Below are positions 34,201 to 46,525 of a DNA stretch of 64,000 bases, in pieces. The notes beneath the pieces were generated by a model, which did not search any database, was not told the origin of the DNA, and worked only from the letters and a program-made list of their open reading frames with translations. The stretch is from Balanoglossus misakiensis. Lineage: Eukaryota > Animalia > Hemichordata. Both the position numbers and the translations under genes were made by a program. How positions within the stretch are numbered: position 1 is the first letter of the stretch; every line of letters begins with the position of its first letter. The stretch spans positions 1,072,247-1,136,246 of the forward strand of contig CM082594.2 in NCBI GenBank assembly GCA_040954595.2. The letters are read 5' to 3'.

Positions 34201-36471
34201 ACTGCAATGTTGGTTGGTACTTGAATCAGGAGTCCTATAGATGTGAGAAATGCCCTGATGGAACATATAACTTTGAATTCAACCAGGATGCTTGTCAACC
34301 ATGCCCAACTGGCTACACTACAGGCAGAGAGGGTGCCCTATATGAAACAGAATGTGATGGTAGGAATAATTTTTCATAATCATAGAACTGATAACATGCA
34401 TTAAGTGCTTGTGGAGATCAACCTTAACTGTTCAATCTGACACAAACACTTCATTATAAGAACTTTTCTTCTTTATTTAGAGTATCATTTGATATGTTGT
34501 GTGATCCAATATTTTTATATAATTTAATAATGCTCCTCTTTTAACACCTTTTCTGAAAATTTCACGGAAATAACAATATTGTAATACTGTTTTCTCAGAA
34601 TTCTACATGTTAGGCTATGGAATGTGATAACCATGCACTGCATCTGGGTAGTCATCTAACTTAAAGGTATACAGTCACCTCCAATTTACAAATGCCCATA
34701 TATGGCTGAAATGGAGTATATGAGAGTTCTAAAGAACATATGGTGGCGCTCCTTTTTGCATGTGCCACCCACTGAAAATCTGTGATTGGCTAGATCTCCT
34801 TTTGCCATGGTAACTATAGCTAATTTTCCATAGGTGACCGTATACCTTTAACTGGTGATATGTATGAAGATCCCATAGTTTTATTTGGTGGTCAGTTAAA
34901 GACATTGCAAGAATTTTTGTTTTCTAGATGCACATGAATGTCGTCTTGGTCTGGATGACTGTCACCCAAATGCCACTTGCAGGAATCTTGTACCAGGATA
35001 TGAATGCACTTGCAAAACTGGTTTCACTGGTGATGGAATAACTTGTACAGGTATGTAACTATCTACAACTGAAATGTCAACAGAAATATGTACAGCTAAA
35101 ACGTAGACACTACTGTTGATTTTATGCTATTAAAAGGACAAAGTATCTCTCTTGCTGCCCTTTTTCCATTAATTATGTTTGATACAAGACACTGTTTTGT
35201 TATTCACCCGGTACATGTGGATATATAGTGAATCAACGTTCGACAGCACACAACTTCCATTCCGTTTGTAAGAAATCAATCTACAAGTGGGTTTAGTTCT
35301 TGTCTAATACAAATGGTTCGTCAGGTAGAATAATGTGATGTGATTTTATTCTTGTGTCTAGACAAATGTGAAGGGTTCTGCTCAAACAATGCTGTTTGCA
35401 TCAAGGACAGTGATGGCAATCCTGTTTGTAAATGTACTGATGAATATCAAGGTGAAACTTGCCGCCAGAGAATACCAATGCAAGTTAAAGGTGTGTATAC
35501 ATTTCTTTGTCTTTAAATAACTCAAGAATAAAATACAATATTCACTAAAGTTTACACATTTGTTTGATCTACATGATTACAGTTTACGTTGTCTTGAAAA
35601 TATTTGTGAAAATGGTGAAACTGCAACATCTGCAGTATAACTAGATTTTTGGTCAACTAACCATTTTACAATAGTTAAGCATCATAATGAATGGTTTTCT
35701 TGCTTTTATCATAGCATATCGCCCCCGTGACAAATAGAAATATTTAAACTCTTACAGATTCCTCCGTTGACACAGCTGTCATCATTGGTGGTGTTGCGGG
35801 AGGTTTAGCGGCTGTGTTAGTGCTTGGTGTAATAATGTTACTCATGTACCAACGGTAAGTTATTTAGTACTACCAGAGTAGAATCGAGACAGCTGTAGAA
35901 ATGTTGCCCATCAGAAAACTGGGAATTTACCTGTATCTTTCCATACATGCATGAGGCAACGTGAAAAATAATCTCATCTGTATCGTGGAAGCAAATTTAT
36001 TCAAAGAGTTCATGCATAGACCTATTCGCGTATAGGGTAACTGCAGTGCATCATGGTATAATTTGCGTTCAACATGCATGGCGGCTAACAAGGCAAAGTC
36101 ACGCGACCAGACCGCAAAGTGTCCAACAACCACCTGCGTTATTCTACAGTAGTAACCACATCACAACAAATCCCACATTGATGATGTTCAACTATTTGAC
36201 ATTCAGGTGTGCTCTTGGAGGAAAGAAACATCCAGGCTGGGAAGAACAAGAGGCAACTATGGATATCCATTGGTTTGATGATACAGATGATGTTGATAGC
36301 AAGGCAGGGGAAAGTGTGGAAGATGAGGAAGCCTTCAGAGAAATCTATCACTACAATCCCATGTATAGTGGCGACAGTGGTAGTGCCAGTGGAAGTGAGG
36401 AATGGAGACCAAGGCCTCTTAAGAGTAGAAATGAACTATTTCATGAGAGTCACGGAGACAGATACTTCTAA
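7396..36471 (+). CDS. 3' part (15 exons) of an uninflatable/SVEP1-like type-I membrane protein: pentraxin/LamG, EGF, HYR, CCP, furin-site linker, 4x ephrin-receptor-like, 2x EGF, TM, tail; one exon split by an insertion
   Basis: Phase-consistent GT-AG exons: 7396-7596, 8000-8283, 9019-9159, 9864-9959, 10954-11154, 11558-11810, 12379-12527, 13122-13232+33176-33226 (split), 33487-33648, 33893-34060, 34198-34359, 34928-35050, 35362-35490, 35758-35854, 36207-36471. Motifs: WHNVVM..ILGQSYD..FHGDVTQMNVYDYVL (pentraxin); DKHAPEVIYCP..YVASDTAGNNAQCNF (HYR); RRKR; CPxGxY repeats; DAHECRLGLDDCHPNATC (EGF-Ca); IIGGVAGGLAAVLVLGVIMLLM (TM). The 5' exons lie upstream of the window. Confidence 0.88.
8629..8720. 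repeat. (CAT/CAC)n trinucleotide microsatellite, intronic
   Basis: Seen directly; explains the poly-His and poly-Met spurious ORFs. Confidence 0.9.
10057..10246. mobile_element. Small MITE, TA-flanked
   Basis: TA|CTGTAAAACGG ... CCGTTTTACAG|TA; related copy at 12102-12309. Confidence 0.55.
12102..12309. mobile_element. Small MITE, TA-flanked (same end type as 10057-10246)
   Basis: TA|CTGCAAAAC ... GTTTACAG|TA with internal (TT)CGCGA motifs. Confidence 0.5.
12561..12653. mobile_element. Tiny piggyBac-like MITE
   Basis: TTAA-CCCTTTCAC ... GTGAAAGGA-TTAA. Confidence 0.45.
12858..12990 (+). repeat. Dispersed ~130-bp repeat (second copy ~35136-35270)
   Basis: GGACAAAGT..GCTGCCCTTTTTCCATTAATTATGTTTGAT..ACATGTGGATATATAGTGAATCAAC occurs in two host introns. 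Confidence 0.7.
14025..14831 (+). mobile_element. PIF/Harbinger-like MITE
   Basis: TIR GGCTGCATTCACAAACACCTCTGGAGGGGGG; 3-bp TSD TTA (14022-24, 14832-34). Confidence 0.8.
15014..15519 (-). mobile_element. PIF/Harbinger-like MITE, same family, shorter, opposite orientation
   Basis: Same TIR; TSD TAA (15011-13, 15520-22). Confidence 0.8.
15896..16014 (+). repeat. Left terminal inverted repeat (119 bp)
   Basis: Exact reverse complement of 32405-32523, checked base by base. Confidence 0.95.
20520..20757 (-). pseudogene. Frameshifted BEL/Pao-type integrase C-terminal fragment
   Basis: Minus strand reads RKVLGRRFVSVDELQTVLNEIEATLNDRP, then after a frameshift LTHLSSDSEDLPPLTP..PITTLPYY..DPTFG. 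This matches the recalled BEL integrase motif E.E..LN.RPL..LTP. Confidence 0.7.
20773..20779 (+). promoter_or_regulatory. Candidate TATA box of the NRF1-like gene
   Basis: TATAAAA 150 nt upstream of the ATG at 20923. Confidence 0.4.
20923..24994 (+). CDS. Transposon-borne protein (~513 aa) with N-terminal NRF1/EWG/P3A2-like DNA-binding domain, Pro/Gln repeats, NLS and a helical C-terminal region
   Basis: Exons 20923-21454, 21758-21958, 23230-23331, 24288-24994 (1542 nt, all phase-1 GT-AG introns, no stops). Motifs FVIHGTQPL, VRELLPALVKCTTNRAQPLW, KPVWWPAETPYCNP and SWVTRMKDVAKSCYQYYG are collinear with the NRF1 DBD as recalled. NLS PKKKRR. Confidence 0.8.
22680..23075. repeat. 115-bp minisatellite, ~3.5 copies, in intron 2 of the NRF1-like gene
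   Basis: Units start at 22680, 22795, 22910 and 23025; each full unit holds the palindrome GATAGTATCGATACTATC. Confidence 0.9.
23671..23981 (-). mobile_element. Non-autonomous hairpin-ended (Crypton-like) element
   Basis: Long hairpin 23671-23813; the adjacent 23814-23836 is inverted to the far end 23960-23981. Same layout and loop motif as the 47896-50300 element. Confidence 0.6.
24398..24622 (+). repeat. 33-bp coding tandem repeat (PAAQIQQPESP x6 plus a variant)
   Basis: Identical CCAGCAGCACAAATCCAACAGCCAGAATCACCA units. Confidence 0.9.
26951..32301 (-). CDS. KDZ-superfamily transposase (~850 aa; SWIM and CxC zinc clusters plus DDE core; Kyakuja/HMGXB3-like)
   Basis: Seven exons: 32301-32192, 31105-30204, 29981-29816, 29339-28500, 28270-28010, 27658-27593, 27158-26951 (2553 nt, phases consistent, no internal stop). 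Motifs: YTCSC..CLH; SCETC..CDH; CMCRLHYDG..DLMFN; CPIC..LICDGT; PGIFTVFCQHGFCYGF..ES; IYDNACRLHQY; VDRLHWKNH; NTQICEQSN. Confidence 0.9.
32405..32523 (-). repeat. Right terminal inverted repeat (119 bp)
   Basis: Exact reverse complement of 15896-16014. Confidence 0.95.
33176..36471 (+). CDS. Host gene segment downstream of the insertion (second half of the split exon, ephrin-receptor-like, EGF, TM and tail exons)
   Basis: Half-exon NGVTRGKRSLSILQCF ends at donor GTATGT (33227); the following seven exons are open and in phase; stop at 36471. Confidence 0.88.
34665..34847. mobile_element. Kolobok-like MITE
   Basis: TTAA|AGGTATACAGTCACCT ... AGGTGACCGTATACCT|TTAA. Confidence 0.65.
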
Positions 36472-37730
36472 TGTGCCATCTCTGTGTGTACATGTATGGT
36501 ATAATTCAAATGATAACTAGAATGGTTTTCATTTTGTGAGTTGACACAGTACTGTGATAAGCTTGGTATAATCCCATAAATGATAACAATAATAGTTATG
36601 CTTTGTCAGACGACAGTACTGTGATAAGCGCACATTAAATTGGTTGGAGTGAAACAGATCTTTATTATTACACTCTTAGCAACATCTGAATGAAATGATC
36701 ATAAATAATCATCTTTAAAGTATGTTGGTTATAAGGCTATATATTTTACATATTTTAAAGAATTTTCCTTAAAAATTTGTTATGACTTATTATAAGGTAT
36801 TGTGTAATGAGAAAGATATGATAATACGTAAATTCCTAAACAACAACATATTTGTGTTGAATTTGGAGGACAAATTTAACAGTGTACCAATTCAGCTCTC
36901 CCTTTGCATGCTGACTTGCTTCTGTATTCATACAAGGCAGCATTTATCCTTAACTTGATCAGATAGAAGGTCTTTTCATCCAAATGCATAGATTATGAAT
37001 TATTTCTCTCAATATATTCAGTGACTACCTCCCGATGATATATATCCTCCTGAATTAGTGCTTCAAATTTTGATATTTTTCTTGATATTTTTCTTTAATT
37101 TGACTTCAACTGTCACCATTCTCCAAGACTGTAAAAGAAGGGAGATGATGATTAACTATTATCAATTTTTTTGCCCCTTGTACTGTCTTTACAACTGGCC
37201 GTATAAATCTGATATTTGTTTGGCATGCGAATTTTGGAATATGGATGTGTATGATCACAATTATAAGATCCTCAAAATAAAAGATCCTATCATTTCATTT
37301 GGTTAATAACCAGTTCATAGGTGAATGAAAATATAGTTACTCACTTTGAGACCTGACATGTATATATAATAATTCAAAGTATTTATTCGCATATTTTTAT
37401 ATTATTCATGGTGTTATAGATCAATGGAAATTTTTCAAATTAAATTCATGTATATAAAATGTAGCAATGTAATGTCATATGTGAAACCCTTAATCTTGAT
37501 ATTGTAATTCATTGTAGAATATGATTATATTGTGTTATTCACTCAACTTGTGCATGTATGTTTAAGATTCAAGCAAAATTACTTTTTTATACAAACTGTT
37601 CCTTTTTGTATTGTTCGGTGACAACTCATCAACAATGAAATAAGTTTGGGAAATTTTTGAACAAAGTCATGAAGTATAAGTACTATAAATAAGTTTAATA
37701 TCTGTTTGAGTTGTCCTGCCAGAAGTCAAC

Positions 37731-38359
37731 ATTTTTAGCTTTTACAAATACTGGTGCAACTACAGAACAGTTGAAGAATTTCATCATTATATTTATGTTT
37801 TAATTACAAGTATATCAATTGTACCTTTTCCTTATATTAAAAGCATATTTTTATTATAATATTTAACTGAGTTCTTTGTCTACTTTTTTAAACTGACAAT
37901 TTGTCAGTCATTACCATAACCCTGGTGTGTATTTCACTGTGTCCAGAGATTCTTCTGTAGTTGTTATAATAAGACATCAAACCAGGTCCAATAATCAATA
38001 TTACTCAAGCTAAGCTAATTACCAGGTCCAGGTTCAAAAAAGAAATTTTTAGCTTATACAAATACTGGTGCAACTACAGAACAGTTGAAGAATTTCATCA
38101 TTATATTTATGTTTTAATTACAAGTATATCAATTGTACCTTTTCCTTATATTAAAAGCATATTTTTATTATAATATTTAACTGAGTTCTTTGTCTACTTT
38201 TTTAAACTGACAATTTGTCAGTCATTACCATAACCCTGGTGTGTATTTCACTGTGTCCAGAGATTCTTCTGTAGTTGTTATAATAAGACATCAAACCAGG
38301 TCCAATAATCAATATTACTCAAGCTAAGCTAATTACCAGGTCCAGGTTCAAAAAAGAAA
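37731..38359 (+). repeat. 314-bp local tandem duplication, copy A only
   Basis: Units start at 37731 and 38045; single copy in B (~47449-47763). Confidence 0.9.
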
Positions 38360-38421
38360 TAAGAGAAAAACTTACAATATCAACAAGATCATCTTGAACC
38401 ACTGCTAAGTGGTAGTACTCG

Positions 38422-38870
38422 CACAGGGGGCTGCAAACATGAAAGTTATAAATGGCGGAGTTCCTGCATTTTCCCCCAATAAACATTAATTGATGAACAG
38501 TCTTTGTGCTTGTTTATTTTTCTGTGTTACCTCCACCTGTCTTAGCAGTTGCTAATCCAGAATACAAGCTATTGCATTTCCCATTAAGCACCTGCTAACG
38601 ACTTAATCTGTGTGCCCCATCCACGGATTTAGTGGATTAAGTAAACATCGGTCAGTTCTCACTTGGTAAGAGAATACCCAGTACTCGCTGACCGATGTTT
38701 ACTTTATTAACTTAATCCGTGGATGGGGCACACAGATTAAGTCGTTAGCAGGTGATTAATGGGAAATGGATAGCTTTTATTCTGGATTAGCAAATGATAA
38801 GACAGGTTGGGAAAACGCAGAATGGAACGTACTTCGCCATTTATAACTTTCATGTTTGCAGCCCCCTGTG
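38422..38870. mobile_element. Fold-back MITE with CACAG termini (second copy 47826-50684, interrupted by the Crypton)
   Basis: CACAGGGGGCTGCAAACATGAAAGTTATAAATGGCG and its reverse complement at the two ends; almost the whole element is self-complementary. Confidence 0.8.
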
Positions 38871-41471
38871 GTACTAGGTGTCGGAAATGGGTAAGCACAC
38901 CCTTCCAGCATGCTACACCCGTTAAGACTGACCCAAAGAGACAGATTTAAGTTGAATTTGACTTAACTAACAAATTACTGTTGCAAGTCAAATCCATATT
39001 TTGACTTTATCTCTGACTGAGCGCAGCGAGTCTGGGGACACTCCACGTCTTCCTCTTCACAAGCAGCCCACTTCAAGTTTCAGCAACATCCATAATAGTC
39101 CTAAAGTTGAGGTGCCAGTTAAAATTAGGTTTTTGGACCAAACTGGAATAGCTGCCGAAGTTTGGTATTTCAAATGATTGTCAGGTCACCTGTTTATTAT
39201 ATGACTGTCAGGTTTCTAACAAAAGGGAGATGACATACAATCACAAGTGTAAATCCAATATTGAACATTACTTAAAGGGACAAATTGTTCAAATCCTCTT
39301 TTGAGCTTATTTGGTCAATTTTGTTTGATATGAAATGTGCCTATTATGCTGTTTGACTTCCTTAAACATGCTTAAATACTGGCCAATAAATAACTCCACT
39401 ATGTTTGAAATTAAACCAGATAGTACAATAATACATTCCAAATGTCATCTGTGATAACATCATGCTTTGGACGTTTTTACTTTATATATTACATAACATG
39501 TTACGAAGGGGGGAGATAGGTGAGAAAAGGAATGTGAGAAAGGAGAAGAAAAGCAAGAGGGCGGAAATGAGAATGTCAGGATGGAAAGGGAATGAGGGGA
39601 GGACTTTGACAGAAGGGGAGGGAAGAGACCGAATAAGTGAAGGTGAGAGAGGAAGTGGTTAGACAGGAAGAAAGGAAAATTAAAGCTCAATCACCACCAC
39701 CACTACCACCACAATCATCATCATCACCATCATTGCCATCATCATTCTGGAGGCATCGTGGCCTGTATTGGCCCATGGGCATCATGGGCCAAAAAATGTG
39801 CATAAACCACACTTTTGTACGAACTCCTGTAACCGGTGACGCAAGTCGTGAGTGAATTTGTGGGCGTGTCGCGACCTTTTCTGTGAACGTGATGCAGAGT
39901 GATATATTGATGACCCCCAGCCACCCCACACCCTTTGGTAACACACTTCTTAAACTTTCTTTACATAGAATGGACTTCTCAAACCTTCCTTACCAAAGTT
40001 CTGATTAAAGACATCTATCTTCTAGGGTACTACCAACAGCGTTTCACGTGACTGTAGACAAGCATCAAGTACCTGTACACAGACAAGGGCGTGCGCGCGT
40101 CCACAATAATTTAAAACGAATGTTTCCACCGCCGTGTGTTTTATGCACATAAACACTGAATCAGCTTTAATATTGTCCCATGATGCCCCGTGAGTTGTCA
40201 GGGTACCAAACTGACAATGCTGGAGAAAAAATGAAGTGTTGACATGCATGTTGTTGAGGGGTTTCACAATGCATGTTACGGACGCTGGTTTCTCTTAGGA
40301 ATAGAGTAGAGGCGTAAGGATGGGTTGATCTTGTGATTAAGAATTTTGGCAAAGAAACAGAAATTGTGTCATTTAGTTTTGTATTAAACCCTATTCGCGT
40401 ATTTTGTGTTAAAGCACTAAATACTGCAATAATGAGATACGGTAGTATTTAACACATATCATATATGATATAATATAGCTTTATCAATACCAGTGAATTT
40501 TGTGACGTCATTGCTGTACATTTTTTTATCTTTTATTTAAAACGCACAATGTTACATCAACAAATCAAAAGAAGAAACGAACTGAAAACTCACATCATAG
40601 CTTCAAAATTTATTACACTTTCTGGATGGTTGCATGATTCCTAAGGCTTGTATACCTTCAACCTCAATGTCACGCGGGAGGATTGGTGTTGGGAATGTAA
40701 CGGGGAATTAAACTCTATCGATGGGGATAACTCGCTTGGCTAATACTGAGAGGTACCTATATGGAATCGTGCTGACGTCCAGATACATCGACACGAACAC
40801 TGGGTATTTATGGTAGCAACTGAGGATATAAGAATTTAATGAAATAAACCTACTCGACCACTTGCGTTCTGAGGACAAGAAGGACACAAATAGTCCGCCA
40901 TCCAAAAGACCGTTCCAGCATTTTATTTTTACCTGCCAAAAGACGCGGAGATATATTTTTAGATGAATGATCCATGCATACTCTGATTGCATAGTACTTG
41001 TCTTCCTTGTGTTCCTTAAAACAATAAATGTATTGTATTTTCTTTTCTTTTCATCAGGAATGCGATAACTTTCTTAACACTTCAAAAGTTTCTTTACTCT
41101 TCAATCACTTCTGTCTCAACTTTTAAGTTTAACTTTTACTTCCAAATCTCAGGTCACAGACTCTATAGACTGCTAAACAATTTTCTTCCTAGTGTTGTAT
41201 GCGCCACTTGTGAATTTTTGCGAGTGAGATTCACGGGCGTTTGAGCACAATTTATACAAAAGATGTTTATCGCCATTAGAAAAACGTTCGCGTAGAATCA
41301 ATGGCGTCATGGTAAATTTTAGCTGCATGCTCCAATAGGGATGATAGGGAGACTACTTGTTGTAGAGCACCTGAAAATGTACGTATTTCGTCACTTCCTT
41401 TTCGCGAAATTTAATTCTTAACGGCATCTTAGTTTTAAGATTTGTGATTCCGTTTTTCTTCAGTTGTACAT

Positions 41472-41760
41472 TTGCATCACGGGATACTTCTTTGTAGACT
41501 ATCGAACCTTGGCATCTCAGACACAGTACTAACATGGTTTACATCTTACCTTCAATATAGATATCAAACTGTAATCATCGAAAACACTGCAAGTTCACAG
41601 TCACCTCTCGTATACGGGGTGCCACTGCCCCTCTGTTGTTCACCATTTATATAGCCCCACTTTATAGTAAACTGATTCGTCCCCACATCCTACAATTTCA
41701 TCAGTACGCCGATGATAACCAGCGATACCTCGCCTTTTCCCATCAAGATTCAACCTCTGA
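41472..41760 (+). pseudogene. Degenerate LINE reverse-transcriptase fragment (copy at 53268-53560)
   Basis: HGILLCRLSNLGISDTVLTWFTSYLQYRYQ..YGVP followed by frameshifted YADD. Confidence 0.75.
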
Positions 41761-41807
41761 CGTTCCTGTCTTCTAAGAATTGTTGAACTTTAATTCATGC
41801 AGTTTGT

Positions 41808-42347
41808 TGTTACGGCCGGTCGTCCTCCGGACGTTTACCTCATCGGCTTCTGCGGGGAATCAGCCACGTCCGAAAGCTGACGGCGTACATTCTCTCCATC
41901 TCCTTCTCCACCCAACATATTCATAAAGTCCGAGAGAGGTACCCGGCAGATCATAAACCTTTCGTAGACAGAGACTTGCAAGAAGTTTTCCGAGTAACAC
42001 AACGTTCTGGTTTATTACTGGTCACACGTAAGAATTACACGACTCGATCCATGCTCGTTGACTCCCATCACGGATCTCCGGTGATAAACGTGTGATCTCA
42101 AATTTCACCACACGTTATTAATACGTTAGTCAAGTATTAAGTCATAAAAGGAACACGTCATCTTGATATTTCTTAAACATGAACTTAGCGCGTGATATCT
42201 CTATCTCGTTCTGACATGTATCAATTACACAATCTTGTTTACTCTGGGTCAAGTACCAATGTCAATACTGGACTAAAACCATATAAGTGAATGACTTTTT
42301 ACGTAATCATAAACAAGATCTATGATCGTTAAAACTCAATCGTGACA
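41808..42347 (-). mobile_element. 540-bp LTR (3' LTR, duplication copy A)
   Basis: TG..CA termini (TGTTACG..CGTGACA); preceded on the minus strand by purine tract GGAAAAGTGGGAAG. Confidence 0.8.
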
Positions 42348-43196
42348 CTTCCCACTTTTCCAATAATCGAACTTCCACGTTCGATCAAAGAAAGAATGAA
42401 AACGAAAACCAGGTCTGCGCTATCGGTTTTAAAAACACTACGTCAAAATCAAACTCAATAATCCCCTTTAAAATATCACAGCCTGTTCAAACAAATTAAA
42501 GAAAATCGCATAAAACGTTTTCAATGTCAAAATTCAAAACGACTTCACTGTTCTGACTTCTCGTCAAAGAGTGTCTCTTTTCCAGTGCAAAATTCAACAG
42601 TCAATAACCGCGTAAAAAAATTAAGTCTATAGTTCTTTCGTACAAACATTCTCTTCACTGCTGTACTAACGGAGCAGGCACATTCCAAAGATGCTCTCGA
42701 ACACAATAACGGTTCCGGATAATACCGCCAAGTACGGAGCATTTCAGAGTGGATCATAATGCAATACAAGCTCGTAATAAACAGTAAAAATGAATACACT
42801 TCATCATACTGTCACGTTCAAAAATAACCACGAAACGAATTCTTATGTGAAAGGATGCGTAAGACTACAATAAAATCACGCTTAACTTCAACTACACTCT
42901 GGGACTTCTCTCTTGTCCCTCGTTTGAACTCACATGTCAACTCAAAGGGCCATTTTCATACGCCAGACCGTCTCCCTTGCGGTCATTAAAACATCACGAC
43001 TTCATCACCAGACCGTCTCTCTTGCGGTCATCACAAAAACTTCAACAACTCCTCAAAAACCTATTAAACTTCACTACACTTCACGGCATCACTTCAACAA
43101 AAGAATACACATTTACAATGTCGAAAACAATGCAAAAACTTGGTGGAAAACAATATCAAATCAAAAGCGGTTAATAACGGTCAGTCAACTCACGTC

Positions 43197-46100
43197 TACT
43201 AACTCTTCTTATGTGAAAGGATGCGTAAGACTACAATAAAACTCAAAGAACCACTCTTCAATGTAAGTCATCATACCCTTCCACCCTGTGATTTTGATGA
43301 ACACTTCCCCCCCCCCCCCCCCAGCTTTATAATTCATTTTGTGTTTCCCATCTAAATGTCAGATCATTACACAGAAACGTTGATGCCTTAAAATTACTAT
43401 ATGAAGATATTATAAAGTCCAAATTCGCTATCATTGGAATCTCTGAAGTATGGGACCCAAATAACTTAAGTATTTATAATATGCAAGATTACACATTGGA
43501 AGTGAAGTCTCGTGAAGTAGGAAGGGGCGGTGGGGTTGGGGCTTACATACATTCATCAGTAATCTACAAGCTGCTTCGAGCAAGTGTCAGTCACTCAGAA
43601 TCACTCTGGATGGAGGTACAGGTTAAAAATACGAAGATAATTTATGGGAATAATCTACAGAAAACCTAATACTGATATAACAGAATTTCAAATTAGTCTC
43701 ATGCAAGTTTTAAACGAGCTCAGATGTGACAAAAATAATTGTATTTTAATGGGCGATTTTAATATTGATACTAACATAAGACTGACCAACCCCAATATAG
43801 ATTCATATCTATCCTCCTTGGAATGTATAGGCTTAAGACAGCTGATATCTACCCCAACCAGAGTGACTAGTTCATCTGAAATTTAATTGACCACATCTAC
43901 ACAAATATTAATCAACGTCCTATTCATGCTGGCACTATAATCACTGATATCTCAGACCATTTCCCTGTGTATACTCTTTTAGAAAATATTCCTCTAAAAT
44001 TGCCACAAAAAGAGAAAATTATTTTCAGAAATTTCAAAAACGATAGTCCCTCCCAATTTTACGAAGATCTTGAAAACACAACCTGGGATTCTGTGTACCA
44101 TTGCTCTGATGCTAATGAGGCTTACAACAATTTTTATTCAGTCTTTAATGAAATTTGTGATAAACATGCACCTATTTCTACCAAATCCTATAGTACCAAA
44201 AAAATAAAAAAACCTTGGACCACCAAATCACTTAGAAAATCTATTAACACCAAACATACGCTATATAACAAATTATATAAATCAAAATTTAATAATGCTG
44301 TTGCTGTTGATAATTATAAAAAAAATATCGAAATATTTTATCGGCTTTACTCAGGAAAGCCAAACCGATGTACTATAGCAATATTTTTATACAAAATGAA
44401 AATAACACTACTGCAATATGGAAAATAATTAGAGAGATACTTGGAAGCCAAGGTAATGCCAGTCAATCTCTGCCAGATAATCTGTGTGTTAAGTCTAATG
44501 GTAAGGTACGAACCGTAAATAAGAAAACTGACATTGTCAATGAGCTAAATAACTACTTTGTTGGTATTGGTCCAGACCTTGCTAGTAAAATAAAGTCTAA
44601 CAATTGCAACTTTAATAATTATCTCAAGGCACCCATCTCAAACTCAATCTTTCTTGCCCCAACAACTCAGTTTGAAAAATTATTTGTAGCCTAGATCCTT
44701 ATAAAGCTTGTGGCCAAGATCAAATTCCTGCTAGACTTCTTATAGATGGAGCTGCTGTAATATCTAAACCATTAGAATACATATTCAACCTCTCCTTTCA
44801 TTCAGGAATATTTCCGAAAGCCCTAAAATCAGCAAAAGTTATACCAAGTTTCAAGAAAGGAACCACTGATGATCCAGAAAATTACAGACCAATATCAATT
44901 TTACCTCTTATAAGCAAAGTCTTAGAAAAAATAGTCAACTCCCGTCTTACCAACTTTGTAGAACAATTTGATATTCTATATGAACATCAGTATGCCTTTC
45001 GACAAAAATATAGTACCAAACTCTCTCTGATCAATCTTGTCAATTATCTCATTAAGCAACTTAATGCCGGCAGAATTACACTTGGCATTTTCCTTGACTT
45101 TTCAAAAGCCTTTGATACCATTGATCATACAATATTACTATCTAAACTCTCTCACTATGGTATACGTGGACGTCCTCTACAATGGTTTACAGATTATTTA
45201 AAAGATAGATGTCAACATGTTTGTGCTGATCAGATGGCCATATCTCATCTAGCCATAATATTACATGTGGAGTTCCACAGGGATCTGTCCTTGGACCTAC
45301 TCTATTTTTATTATTTATTAATGATATAGCCCTTTCAACATCCTTCTTCAACTTTCGGCTGTTTGCTGATGATACAAATCTGTTCCATACCTTCCCTGCA
45401 AACAAAAGTGATATCAATCTGAACCATGTTGACAGCCAGTTACAGCTGGTGCTAGATTGGTGCAATGCCAACAAACTCACTATAAATCACCTAAAAACAA
45501 ATTACAGTATTTTCAGAAACCAAAGACGAAACTTTTCCCATGTTGGTTCTCTCCACATAAATAATATGGTCATAAATGAGGTAGAAGCTGCATCATTTGT
45601 TGGCATTCTCATTGACAGGCATCTTACCTGGTCAAAACATATCCAGATGCTAAACACAATCATCAGAAAGAAAGTTGGCATTCTCTTTAAACTCAGACAT
45701 TTTGTACCTACCCATAATACTTACCTTACTCTACAAATCACTTATCCAACCACATATAACATACGGCCTCGAAGTATGGGGGTCAACATATCCTTCATAT
45801 CTCAACCGTATTAAGTTATTACAAAAAATGGCAGTAAGAGCAATAACCTTCAGTGATTTCACAGCTCATTCAACTCCTTTATTCCATAAATTGAAAATCC
45901 TTGATATTTTCAAATTAGATAAGCTCCAGGTATGCTTCTTCAGGTATGATCTTGTAAACAATAATCTTCCACAAAGGCTGACAACCTACTGTCAATTACC
46001 TCTCCATGATTACAGTACACGCCACAAAAACCAAGGTAATCTCCATATTCCAAGTGTAAATACAACAATGGGCAAATTTGCAATATCTTATAATGGCCCT

Positions 46101-46525
46101 CTCTTATGGAATTCATTACCAGAACAAATAAAAAACAAAAAATCCCAACAAACTTTCCGGTACTCGCTCAAACAGATGTATTTAGAAAATTAACTATAAA
46201 TATATATATATTTATATATAGTAGTTCAATTTATACATTCAATGTATTTATTTCATTCAAGTTTAGCTACTGTCTATGTACATAATTGCCTTTACAGTGT
46301 ACATGCCTAATATTGCTTCTCTCTAAGAAATACACTGCCCTCAAAATGAAATGTAACTAATTTTTATACCGCAATGTACAGAGGAATGGGAACAGACTTG
46401 ACTAGCACCTGCTATTTTCTGTTCCCAATTACCCTTTCATTCAACCTGTCTCACTCGTGAGTTATGTAAATACTTTTCAACTTTTCAACAAGGGTAATAA
46501 ATTGAATTGAAATTGAATTGCATTG
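43197..46525 (+). mobile_element. 5'-truncated CR1/L2-group LINE (APE endonuclease + RT), frameshifted; copy A
   Basis: GIIYRKPN..MGDFNID..IDH..SDHFP (APE); GVPQGSVLGP..LFADDTN (RT); (AATTG)n tail; TSD AACTCACGTC at 43187-96 and 46526-35. Confidence 0.9.

Noticed and set aside
39460-39760. Purine-rich and (CAT/CAC)n ORFs (also ~51270-51530)
   Set aside because: Low-complexity sequence with no coding signal.
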